A DNA stretch of 48,347 nt from Polymyxa betae A26-41. Lineage: Eukaryota > Protista > Endomyxa: Phytomyxea. The stretch covers positions 1 to 48,347 of the forward strand of contig RBZT01000641.1 of NCBI GenBank assembly GCA_003693705.1, read 5' to 3'. Shown here piece after piece: positions 25,086-35,961 of the stretch; position 1 is the first letter of the stretch, and every line of letters begins with the position of its first letter. Made by a program: the position numbers and the translations under genes. The notes under the pieces were generated by a model. It saw only the letters and a program-made list of their open reading frames with translations. It was not told the origin of the DNA and ran no database searches.

Positions 25086-26160
25086 ATGAATCAGGCTTTG
25101 GCTGTGCTCGCGGTCGTACTGGTCCTGGTCTCGATATGGCCCCAGCCATCTAGGTACAGTATTGTTACCCCGTGCCCACTCATATCGACTGAACTGGTTC
25201 GACAGCGGCCGTCTGCTGGCAGAAAGCAATGTCGGCAGCTGGATCAGCCCCTCTCCTTCCCCCGTGCCGCTCTCAGCCGATTCCTCGGCGACGATTTTGG
25301 GCTATCTTTATGGAGCTTTCTTGCTGGTGTTGGTGTCCGTCATTGCGTTCTCATGCTGTTATCCAACAGCGTTTGATGATGATCGGTCAACTCGGAATAC
25401 GGCTGTAAATACCACTCTACCTGATGCTGGCCCTCGACCAACGCGATCAATTTTGGAACGGTCCCGCTTGGCTTCTTCACTGCCTGCAAATACCAATTTC
25501 ACTCCCAGAGAATCAGCAGTGCATGGATGGCTTTTGCCTAAATCGGAGTATGCTCCAGAAGCCTTTTTAAATCTCAGACTGCCTCTTGCTGTCGCTCCAC
25601 GAGAACCCGCACGCTGTTTGCAAGCAGGTCCGTCTCGAAAGGTTTCTTCCCCGCCTGTTAATACCGCCATGCCTTCCACCTCTACAGCACCAGCAAGCTC
25701 TTCAAAAGCAAGTTGGAATTGTTTTGCAAAACTGCCTCCCAGAGCACCAACAAGTACAGCGCAAGGTCGTCTACTTCGATCTGACAAATCGCATAGAAGA
25801 ACAGGTTCTGCTCCAGCTGCTTTCTTCAATGCCATCGAGCCTAATGCAACCGCTCGAAAATCCCTAAATTATGTGCAACCGTGCCCGTCTCGTCTGGGTC
25901 CTTCTCCGCATATTGATACCGATATGCCTTCTACCTCTACAACACCAGCAAGCTCTTCAATTGCAGGTCCGTCTTATCAATCAGACATGGTTTTCAAACA
26001 ACAAACAAGCGTTACGCCTGCTATTTCACACACTATATCACCTGATGTCATCGGTCATGTTCCTGAGAATTTCATTTTCGAAATGTTTATAAGCGATTCC
26101 CTTTCTTACTGCAGTGGAGAAAGGAGTGTGATCAATGATGGCGAAAGCGGCAGCCATTAA
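25086..26160 (+). CDS. Putative type I membrane protein (signal peptide, one TM, Ser/Pro/Thr-rich tail); frameshift near 25135-25160
   Basis: MNQALAVLAVVLVLVS signal peptide is out of frame with the 332-aa ORF 25162-26160, which has TM ILGYLYGAFLLVLVSVIAFSCC and a repeated MPSTST(A/T)PASSS. Confidence 0.5.
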
Positions 26161-26429
26161 CTTCTGTGTCTGCCACTTGGAAACATTTCCGATCTTCTCT
26201 ATACCAATACAAGCTAACTCTTTACTTCATCCCTCTCATTTCACAGATTATTTTCTTTTGTGTTAAAACTATAACCGGAGTCGCATTATAGATAGACAAT
26301 CTGAATTGTGCGATTTACAGCTCATAAATTAGCTTGATCTGGCCGTCATAATCCTAGCAAACGGCATTCATCACAGGACAGCGACCTTGATATCGAATTT
26401 TCTACCGCCGATGAGCTACCAAAACCCTA

Positions 26430-27590
26430 ACGCAGTGGCTCCTATCCTTACCAGGGCGCAGCCTCCAGAGAAAGTTCCAGCGAACGACTTTTAGAATCAA
26501 AAAACGGCCGGACACAATCTCGACGACTCGTCGAATCCTCTCGCAACAGCCGGCGATTCCAAGGGAATCCGGTATGAGCCAGCTTCCGGCTGTGATTGCT
26601 GGCCATACTGGTCCTTTTCTCGACTTGGCCGCCTCCTACGTCGGTTCTCGTTATCCGGTGTCCTCCCAGGAGATCCAAATGGTACTGCAGACACCGGCTG
26701 CTTGCAGAATTGAACCCGCTCAGCCAATCTCCTGTTTCATAATCCTATCTTTAAACCATAAGCGACCAGAGCCACCATTGTCGGCTGCGTCTTAGCAGCC
26801 TTTTGGTGTTGTTGGCGATCCGTATCCTGTTGCAATGTCGTTCTCCTGCATAGCTTCCAACCCGAATCCCAGCACACATCCAACTTCGTCTTGAAACCAT
26901 CAAAATGTTTGTTGCTATTACCGAAATGTCATCATTCTCCAACTTACCATCGATTGTTTTAACTTCCTCCGGCATGGCTTTTTCTGCATGTTTTCCTCAT
27001 CAAAGCCAGCCTCACCAGAGACAACGAGAGAGATGTCGTCCTGTTCCGAACAGCGTATATAGCGCTCTGGATAATCCCGACAGAAATGTGTACGATTCCG
27101 AATTTCCAAACGAAAGAGCCCCCACTGTCTACCTCCGACCCAGAATACGGTAAAAAGGCTTCTGAAATAGAGTTCAGCGAAAATGTCAAGATTTTCGACT
27201 TTGCATCAAGCTTTGAAATTGAAATTGTTGCTCTACAGTTAGGGATAGCAAATATATACAAGCGACAACTCCCAATATATCATCGCGTTCACATATTTAG
27301 TGACTCCCTGTCGTGCTTACAGCAGCTCGCCACACTTCCATATAAACAGCAATTCGTCCACACTGTCGTACAAGACTGCCTCCAAAAACCTGGCCAAACT
27401 GGCTCGCAATAACACTGTAGAACTGTACTTCATCCCAAGTTTCTCGAAACCGTCCATCTAAGAAAGTGCCGTCATTTTGACATCAATCGAATTCCAAGAT
27501 ATATTGCAAGCGACATAGAGAAACAGTTGAGCATCAGGCATCAGCTGAGAAAATCTGTTTTTTTTTTTAACTTTTAAGGAAACTGAGGGA
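26430..27590 (+). mobile_element. Non-LTR retrotransposon ORF2 3' remnant (RNase H plus C-terminal zinc knuckle)
   Basis: ASSFEIEIVALQLGI..VHIFSDSLSCLQQL..(frameshift) NNTVELYFIPS matches non-LTR RNase H motifs; YCKRHRETVEH near 27502-27534 matches the C..C....ETxEH knuckle. 5' limit approximate. Confidence 0.75.
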
Positions 27591-28617
27591 AAAGTACGAC
27601 GAATTTGAAATTACCAACTTCAACAATGCGCTTTACATACACGAATCATTGATGGTTAAATTCATGGCCTGCGTACACAGGAAAGGCTGCAACATATAAC
27701 GACGATATGTTGAAAGATGGGAACCAGTAGGAGAGTATTAGAGAGGGTTGGGTCCATAGGGTCGAGTCCCTGATTGGATTGGGCTGATGCACTCTTAGGT
27801 CCTGCTAATAGGGCCGTGCCAAACGCATACATATAAATGGGTGAAATGATGACAGGCTCCGAAATTGGCAGTACGAGCACTGGTAGCTATCACAGGCAAA
27901 TGCCTGAGTACAGCTGGTCAGGCGCTAAGGCAACAGCGTCGTTTGTTGACAATGATCAACGAGCTAGTCAAATCCATTCCAATACAATATCTCGTTGATT
28001 TGGTTCAGAATGATTCGTTTGCTGTCGGTTTGTTTTATTGCCTTTTTTAGATTCCTTTGGGTGATTTTAACGTTCATAACTGTATATTCAATTCTGTTTG
28101 TGGTCTTGGTGCGGTTTCCATAATCATTATACGGATCTCGTTCTAATTTCATTTTGGTTTTTGTTCGATAATGGTCTCTATTGAGTTCTGCCACGACCTT
28201 GTGCTTCAGAAAGTGTCTGGGCTTCATTATTGGCCAATGAGATGTCTACAGTTCTCGCGTTGGGGCGTTTTTATCATAGTAATTAGTAAATGTAAATTCA
28301 TTGACATTTCATCTAGATAGCTGTGGTTTTCTCTGTGGTTGAATCCATCCGTTATCGCAGATATTAAATCCTCTGTGACTACTACTTTTGGACTGAATTC
28401 TGTTGTACCATTCGGCGCAACACTCGAATGCGACTCGAATTTACCGACCTGAAGTACTTCAAAGGAGAAACGTTTCGTAATGGGCCACGTCGATTTGCCC
28501 CCGCGTTCAGCAACCTCTTCAGCGTCGTCATGGCTGTTCGCGGACTCAATCCCGTCATCGTCGCCTCGATCCTGGTTCTCTGAAGCAGACCTAACGCAGG
28601 GCGGACGCTTAGTTAGA

Positions 28618-30028
28618 CGAACAGACCCTGGCGTCGGCTTCAAAAACCTGCTCCAGTTTTGAGAGTTGCTGAAAGTCGGCGGGTCGCACTACTGCTCCCG
28701 ACATTTGCCTTAATATTCAGGAAGTAATTTATTGTGATTCAGTTTATCGGTATGATGTACAATAGGAAAGTAGATAAATCGATAAAGATAATGATTTTTA
28801 TTGCCCGTTCCCAAGTAACGATCGAATCAATTTGTTGCAAATGGTTTCGTTCAGGATGATTTCTCTATCCGAGATTGCAACTTTGCTGTTACAGGTGTTG
28901 GTTTATTTGTTGAAGTTGTTGTTGAAGCAGCTGAATATCCTTCTGCTGCTGGGGATTCTGTTGTTGAAGCAGCTGATTCTGTTGTCGAAGCTGACCAATT
29001 TGTTCTTGAATTACGAACTCCATCGCGGTCTTTTGACCAAGGAAACCTCCAGGATATCTCCGAACCGGATCTGGAGCTTTCCTCGGAGCACACGCAGCAC
29101 TTCACTGGGATCCGTAATTTTGTAGTAAATCGGTGCTGGTTGCCCAGGGCCCATATTTGGACACACATTCTGGTGAGCTGGCTGAACAGGTCGCGCCGCA
29201 ATTTGTAACATCTGTTTCAACTGAGGGCTTCGTGAAATGGCCGGAAGTCCGATGCAGCAGAATTCGCTATCGTAATTTTTTGATTGAGTCCGGACGTCTT
29301 CTGGTTTGTTCAGGGCCCTTTTTCTGTCTGCAGAATCGTCATGGTAAAAGACCTCAATCCAGAGATCCGGAATGGGAATCCTATTCTTAACAGGATGCTG
29401 CCATTGTTCGAGCGAAGGCCTCTTGAGCCAGCAGCCGACATTGACTTCCCGTTCAATATACATATTGCCGGCTTTTCTCAGGCAAATTGGCGTTGCCCCT
29501 GAATCACCTTCTGGAAATCGAGCACGAAATTGGAGTGCTAAACTCAATTCGATTTCGCTCTTCAATCGTCCACCAGGCATGACGACGAAAATAGTTTGTT
29601 CCGAAAGTGATAAGTCGATAGTGAGCCGGATGGGGAGCTCTCGCATACAGTGGATTAACTCGAAGACATCAAGGGATTGATCAAAGATTAATGCGATTAA
29701 TTTGAGATCTTCCGGCGCTGAATCAAATGCTCCCATCAATGCACTTTCCGCCCATTCTGCCATCAAATCTGGTGCCATGCTGGGGACTATGATGGTTAAA
29801 GAGGGCATCTTCTTCAACAGAGTCTTTTAGACAGAATGAAAACCATGAATTCGGGCCTCGCCACAGCGCAATCAATTTTGTACCCGAGGGGTTGCGCTCT
29901 CGTCAACTCTCAGAATTGAGTCAGGAAACCCTAAAACCTAGCGTAATAGTCCGCTGTTCATCCATCAACTGACTGCAAGGCTGCTCCTTCTGGTCATCGT
30001 TTCTGAAGAAAGTTTCTGCTAGATGAAG
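28618..30028 (-). repeat. ~1.41 kb dispersed cassette, copy 2
   Basis: Same-orientation duplicate of 14867-16325. Confidence 0.92.
28889..29808 (-). pseudogene. Uma2-like protein, copy 2 (one 1-nt frameshift near 29043, two 21-nt in-frame deletions)
   Basis: Near-identical to 15141-16103; YIAHWIPW replaced by G; 7 aa lost from the Q-rich coil; one base short in a T-run. Could be intact if the frameshift is an assembly error. Confidence 0.65.
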
Positions 30029-31306
30029 TTCCCCCTCTTCCAAAAACGCGGTGGACAAACAAGAGGTACAGAGAATAATTTCAGAAGAATCAGGTGACAA
30101 CGAAGAATACGGAACGCTCAGCAATGGAACCATCTCGGATTAGAGACGATCTATTCAAAAGAAAGTACTGAAGTATTGGGATTTTGAATCCATCTTCGAG
30201 ATACAGCACAAGGCGCTTTGAGAGACAGCTTGATAGGAACCACGGAGCTTTGTATCTGAGAGTGGTCTTGGTTTTGTCTCTGTAAAATCGATAGATCTCG
30301 GGGAGATAACAAAATTACAGAAACAGATATATAAAAGTAACAATTGCGGCGCCTGTTTCATGTCGCGCAACTGTTGCCGCAGGACTTGGGGCAGCGGGCT
30401 ACGCTACCCAACATCCAGCCCAGATTCCAGAGGGAGGGTGCGATTGCCCTGCCGACTGTGGCGCATGCCTGCTTGCTAACTCATGTCCTATTATCGACTT
30501 ACGATTTTATTAAACTCAATACCGTAGACGCACTAATATCTAGTTCTCTTATAACTAATTCTTTCATATAACCGATAGCGTCCCGTTTCCTCGTGTCGAT
30601 TCTATGGCTTATAACTGGTATCCTCATATACTGTAAGCATTTGCAAAAAACGGTTATTGGAGAGTAAACGAAAGATTGCAAGCAATTCAGGTGTATTGGT
30701 TGAAGAATGAGCGAATATCTGACTTGTTTCAGGCCAGATAGACGTTGCTCTGTGAGTTCACTGGTTAATCGATATAAGATACTTACGACGAATGGTTTTT
30801 TATTTCTGTAGAATAGAGAAGAAGATGATCATCAAGAATATCGAGACAGATTCTCAGAGCACTTACCTTCTTTTCAACCGATAATGGTTCCTCTTGCTCT
30901 TCTTCCTCCATGGCTTCTAGATTAAGGGGGCTTTACAATGGTTTATGACGCTGGTCACATTGAGCCATCTTTCTAGGTAGTTTAAAGATTCACCCCATGC
31001 AGAACAGCATTCTCCGCAACTTTGAAACGATTTTGTTACGCAAAATCACTATTTCCGTAAGCAAACACTTTATGCGATCGCAGAAATAAACCATTGCGTA
31101 CGCAGTTGATCTTGATAAGCGACACTCGCTTAAATGATAGTATTATAGTATAGTAAGCGCGATGAACGATCATATCAGCTATAAGATAGTCAACGGTATA
31201 TTTATTCCCAAAAATCGACAAATCATTCCACGCGTAACGCAATATACAGAACTTGAATTTTTGTTAATTTACGAAGAAGCTTTCCAGGAAAGATGAGAGT
31301 GATATA

Positions 31307-32828
31307 TACATCATCAGGGGTAAGCTGGGCCAGTACGTTATAGTGGATCGAGTCCATGATGCATTTGGCAGGTGCCTAAGATCTGTCAGCCCGGGATATC
31401 AAAGGTCCCTTTAGACGGCCGACCTGTAGTCTGATAACGTTCACTAAGGCGGGAAGGTTTTGATTTTTAAAACCGGTTATATGAGCTCCTGATAGATCAG
31501 GATATGTGCTGCAAATCGCAGCACCGATTGTAGCAAAAAAGAACTGGAAAAACCCAATCCAATCGCACTGGTTTGTTGGATTCATTTATCATTTTCAAAA
31601 ACTGAGGGAAAATGGAGCTTTCGGCACTTGTAGAGCTGAGTCAACTTAACATTCTTTACTGGTTAAATATTATTGTCAGCATTAACAGCAGATTGAGCAG
31701 ATTTGATGGAATGGCTTTCATTGCCAGTGACAATGAGACTCTCAAATCCGCACTGTTTACTCTTGCTATTTTGCCTAGAGCAACGCTCCCGAAAACAGCT
31801 ATGAGGAAACGGATTTCCCCATCTAGTGAAAAATTCGAAGATCATTCTGACAGCATACTGAAACGCATGAGAGAACTGGGTAACATGTATGATTAAGCCA
31901 ATTAGTACACACTTCACGTGACATGTGCAGTGTCGGGTCGGTAATCTTGGCCCGACCTATTTTTAGACATAAACTGGCCACCAATATCAACTTCTGTAAC
32001 GTGGTCTCCGAAGTTGAAATTTCCGAAGTTTCGCTCAATATGAGCTGATCATCGAGAACTTTGATAATAAGGGGGTCTTTTGCAGTGAGTTTTCTGGCCT
32101 TTGATGGGACCAATATATTTGTATCAGTAAGAAACGCGTACTCGTCATCATCAGGCTTCTGATTCTGAATTACAGATTCAGAGTGAGATTTCCCATTCAA
32201 TATGAATAAATCTCACCAAAAAAGCACACAGAGTAGAGTAGTTTGTGATTTTCTCGACACCAAAATCAAACAATTTCAGAAATTCAGTTAAAACGCGAAA
32301 CACTGGCAGAAAGAGATCCTGTCCTGGTGAGCTCAATTTCATCCTTTTCACGGACGGATTCTTGTCGTTCTGTAAAGCAGGAGGGTCAAATCCAACACTT
32401 GAACTATTTCGGACCTTATTGATATCAACAGTTGACAGTCTGGATGGGCATTTATCTCCAAAACATTTTTTACAGAGATTCCAATGATTGAATGGATTCC
32501 CCCAGAGCGTCGGAAACATTCGAAGATCTTTCTGACAGCATTCCATGACACATCGCATTACAGGACGACACACCTGATACAGGAAATATCGTATTTTCCA
32601 ATCAATCATTTGCCAAGTCCATTCATATTTCCGGAAGGCCCAGATCATTTTCCGATACAAATGAATCAGTCTCTGTAATGTGCTCTGAGCATAACTGATT
32701 CGCTGGATTTCGCTCACATCAAGATCACATCCTTTCACATTGATAACAAATTGACAGTGGGAGTATTGAACTGCATCTCCATTAGATGAAGACAAAGCAC
32801 GAAGCTCTTCGTCATTCGGCTCTTTCAT
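31307..32828 (-). pseudogene. Left arm of inverted duplication; interrupted gene with two Cys-rich repeats
   Basis: ORFs 32178-32828, 31823-32200 and 31663-31917 chain together; repeat TLQxLI..CxPVxxCVxxCCQxDLRxF..WGNPFxH occurs twice. Confidence 0.6.
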
Positions 32829-33644
32829 CTAATGTACAGTCAATATAGAGGGGGACGAAAATCTCTTCAAAATTCACCAGAAACTTGCAGAGACTGTTAT
32901 AGTCATTGATATCAGTCACATCATGATTGTAGGAATACAGAAGGTCGGTTGGCGAAGATGTCTCGTCTAAACGGGGACGTTTCCGGGAGATAGTTTCAAC
33001 GGGTTCATCATTCTGATTACGAATATCTCAGAGATTTCTAAGACATGAGACTTGATAAGGAAACGATACATTGGTAGATTCTTGAATAGAAGGTAGAGCC
33101 GGAACAATATCTGTATGATGAAATGAGAATATCGGTGTTGATACATTTCCAATATCAGGAAGGGTGTCCAACATTTTATAAATTTCATTGTCTGTGAATA
33201 TCTGAATAATACATCAATTTCATACCACAGTTATAGAATCATTTCATACATCAAAATCTATATCGAGATCAAAATCAAATGAGGGATCAAAGAGGTTGTT
33301 GGAATAGGGAAGATCCGAGGAGTGTTGGATTGAATTGAAATGATGGTGAATGGGTTCCTATGATGCATGTTAAAATTTGGAACTTTTTTGTAACAAAACA
33401 ATCTTACTCCAGCTGGAGTTCGGGAGGAGAGACTCCAATATGAGTCTCTTCAAGAAAGTCCGCAGCATTAGAACTGAATGTAGCCAAGCACTCTGATAGG
33501 ATCAGTATCAGGAAGGGAACCGCTTGACAAAGCATTTCTAGGTAGGCCAATGAAGTCTGTTTGTCAGATAGAGGCGATGCGAGCCGTGGGTCGAAGCTCA
33601 TGAAAATTCTGCACGCACTTTTTGCTGCTCAGAGGCATCCAACC

Positions 33645-34930
33645 GTCCATTTGCTATCATTGTCAAAGGTCGTGATCTTGATATGAGCGGGATCCAACGA
33701 ATCCGTTCTGCTCTGAGCACATTACAAAAACTGATTATGGTCGCAAATTTGTATCGGAATTGATCTGGGGCTTCCGAAAATATGAATGGTCTTGGCAAAT
33801 GGTTGATAGGAAAGTACGGTATTTCCTGTATAAGGTGTGTCGTCCTGTCTTGAAATTTGGTCAGAAAATCTTCGGATGTTTCAGTCACTCTTGGGGAATC
33901 AATTCAATCATTGGAAACTTCATACAAAATGTTCTGAAGATAAATGCCCATCCAAACAGTTAACTGCAGATCAGTCTATCAATCAGGTCCGAGGTGGTTC
34001 TTTTAAGATCCATTTCTATTGACCCTCCAGCTCTACAGAATGACAAAAATCCGTCCGTGAAACGGATGAAAATTTTGTTCACCAGAACAGGATCCCTTTC
34101 TGCCAGTGTTTCGCTTTTTCCCTGAATTTCTGAAATTGTATGATTTTGGTGTCGAGAAGATCACAAATTACCACACTACTTTGTGTGCTTTTCTGGCGAG
34201 ATTTATTCATATTGAATGGGGAATCTCACTCTGATTCTGTAATTCAGAAAAAGCATCCTGATGATGACGAGTACGCGTTTCCTTCTGATACAAACATTTT
34301 GTTCCCATCAAAGGTCAGAAAACCCGCTGCAAAAGACCCCCTTATAATCAAAGATCTCGATGATCAGCTCATATTGACCGAAACCTCGGAGAATGATCTT
34401 CGGATCTTTTAATGTCGATAGGGAAATCCGTTTCCTCATAGCCGTTGTCGGGATCTTTGTTATAGGCACAATCGCAAGAGCAAACAATGCGGATTTAAGA
34501 CTCTCATTGTCATTGACAATGAGAAACACTCCCTCAAATCTGCTCAATCTGCTGTTAATGCTGACAATAGTATTTGATCAGTAAGTGATGCCAAATCTGA
34601 CCCAGCTCTACAATTGCCTAAAGCTCAATTTTCCATCTGCTCTTAAATGAAAAATGAATCCAACAAACCGATGGGAATGGATTGGATTTTGCTGGTTCAT
34701 ATTGCTACGATCAAGGTGCAGCGACTTGCCGCACATAGCCTGATTTATCAGGATCTCCCACAGCAGGTTTCAAAACCTTGCCGCTTAATTGAAGCTATCA
34801 TACAACAGGTTGGCCACCTAAAGGAGTAAAGGGACCTGTGATATCCCGGGCTAACAGATCACGGCACCCGCCAAATGCAACATGGACTCGAGCCCATATA
34901 CTTTACTCGCCCAGCTCACCCTTGATGATA
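33645..34930 (+). pseudogene. Right arm of inverted duplication (more decayed, ~180 bp internal deletion)
   Basis: IWGFRKYEWSWQMVDRKVRYFLYKVCRPV and LNGESHSDSVIQKKHPDDDEYAF match the left arm on the opposite strand. Confidence 0.7.
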
Positions 34931-35590
34931 ACCCTGCTTGCTTACAGTTCAGCTCATACATATTGAGAAGGAATGGCCTGCTCCGAATGGGGAGTTACAT
35001 AAGCATGTCCTTCCGACCGGTTCGACACGTCGTTTCGCGTTCGTTGAGGTCATGCTAATTATCGACACTACAGGTAATCAGGCTCTAGTGTCAAGTGACC
35101 TGTTTATTCAGGTCATAGGTCAGGGCAGGATGCATGACCACGTGTCCTGCAGTTAGTCACTCACTGCGGCCCCGTTCTGCCGACGCCTGCGGCGCAACCC
35201 GGCGGCTGCAGCCAAGCTCCCGGCGCGATGGTCAACCTTAACACTCCCGCCCGATTGGACGGAGAGCGCTCCCAAAAATAATCACTTGCCGGTCAAGCGT
35301 AAAAAAGCGGGCGCCGGAACAGCTTCCGTGAATATGTCCGCGATCATGTCATCAGTTGGACAATATTCCAACCGTATCGTTCCTTCCAGAATCTTGTCTC
35401 TCGTTAAAACGATATCGAACTTCGATATGCTTGGAACGCTTGGATAATCGCTCATTACGATTTATTTTACAAAGAGCTGGAATCCATCATCGGTGGGCCT
35501 CTCGGATCGTCGATGTTTGATTCTGCGCTCAGGCTCCCAGTTAAGGTTCAGCGCGCAGCTCATACAGACAAGCGATCAAATGGAATTTAA

Positions 35591-35961
35591 ATGCTGAACT
35601 TGGGAATCGAAAGTATTTGAGCTTCCGGCCAGTTGGCCATTTTTGATCGATTTTATCGTCCAAGCATTCGTAAAAATAAAAAATAATAAAAAAGTTATTT
35701 AACATTATTTTGACCATTACAGGTTTATGAATTACAGGATCTTTGGGAATGCCCTTCTGGAAAAACATTACGTTTGCGAGGGTTTATCTACCAAAAGTCT
35801 GATAGCGCGCGGGCGTCAAGACAGTCGCCTGATTGCATATTCAATCCGGTCGCACAAGCGCTGCGACCAAAGAATGGGTTTCGAATGCTTGGATTATAAA
35901 ATCGATCAAAAATGGCCAACTGACCCGAAGCTCAAATACTTGCGATTCCCAAGTTCAGCAT
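35591..35961. mobile_element. 371-bp MITE with ~80-bp TIRs flanked by TTAA
   Basis: 35591-35670 is the reverse complement of 35882-35961 with about 5 mismatches; TTAA at 35587-35590 and 35962-35965; no coding capacity. Confidence 0.88.

Noticed and set aside
27600-28610. Minus-strand ORF fragments 27964-28643 (similarly 37003-37504, 12866-13320, 47350-48201)
   Set aside because: Protein-like but interrupted and without a motif I can recognise; cannot support a call.
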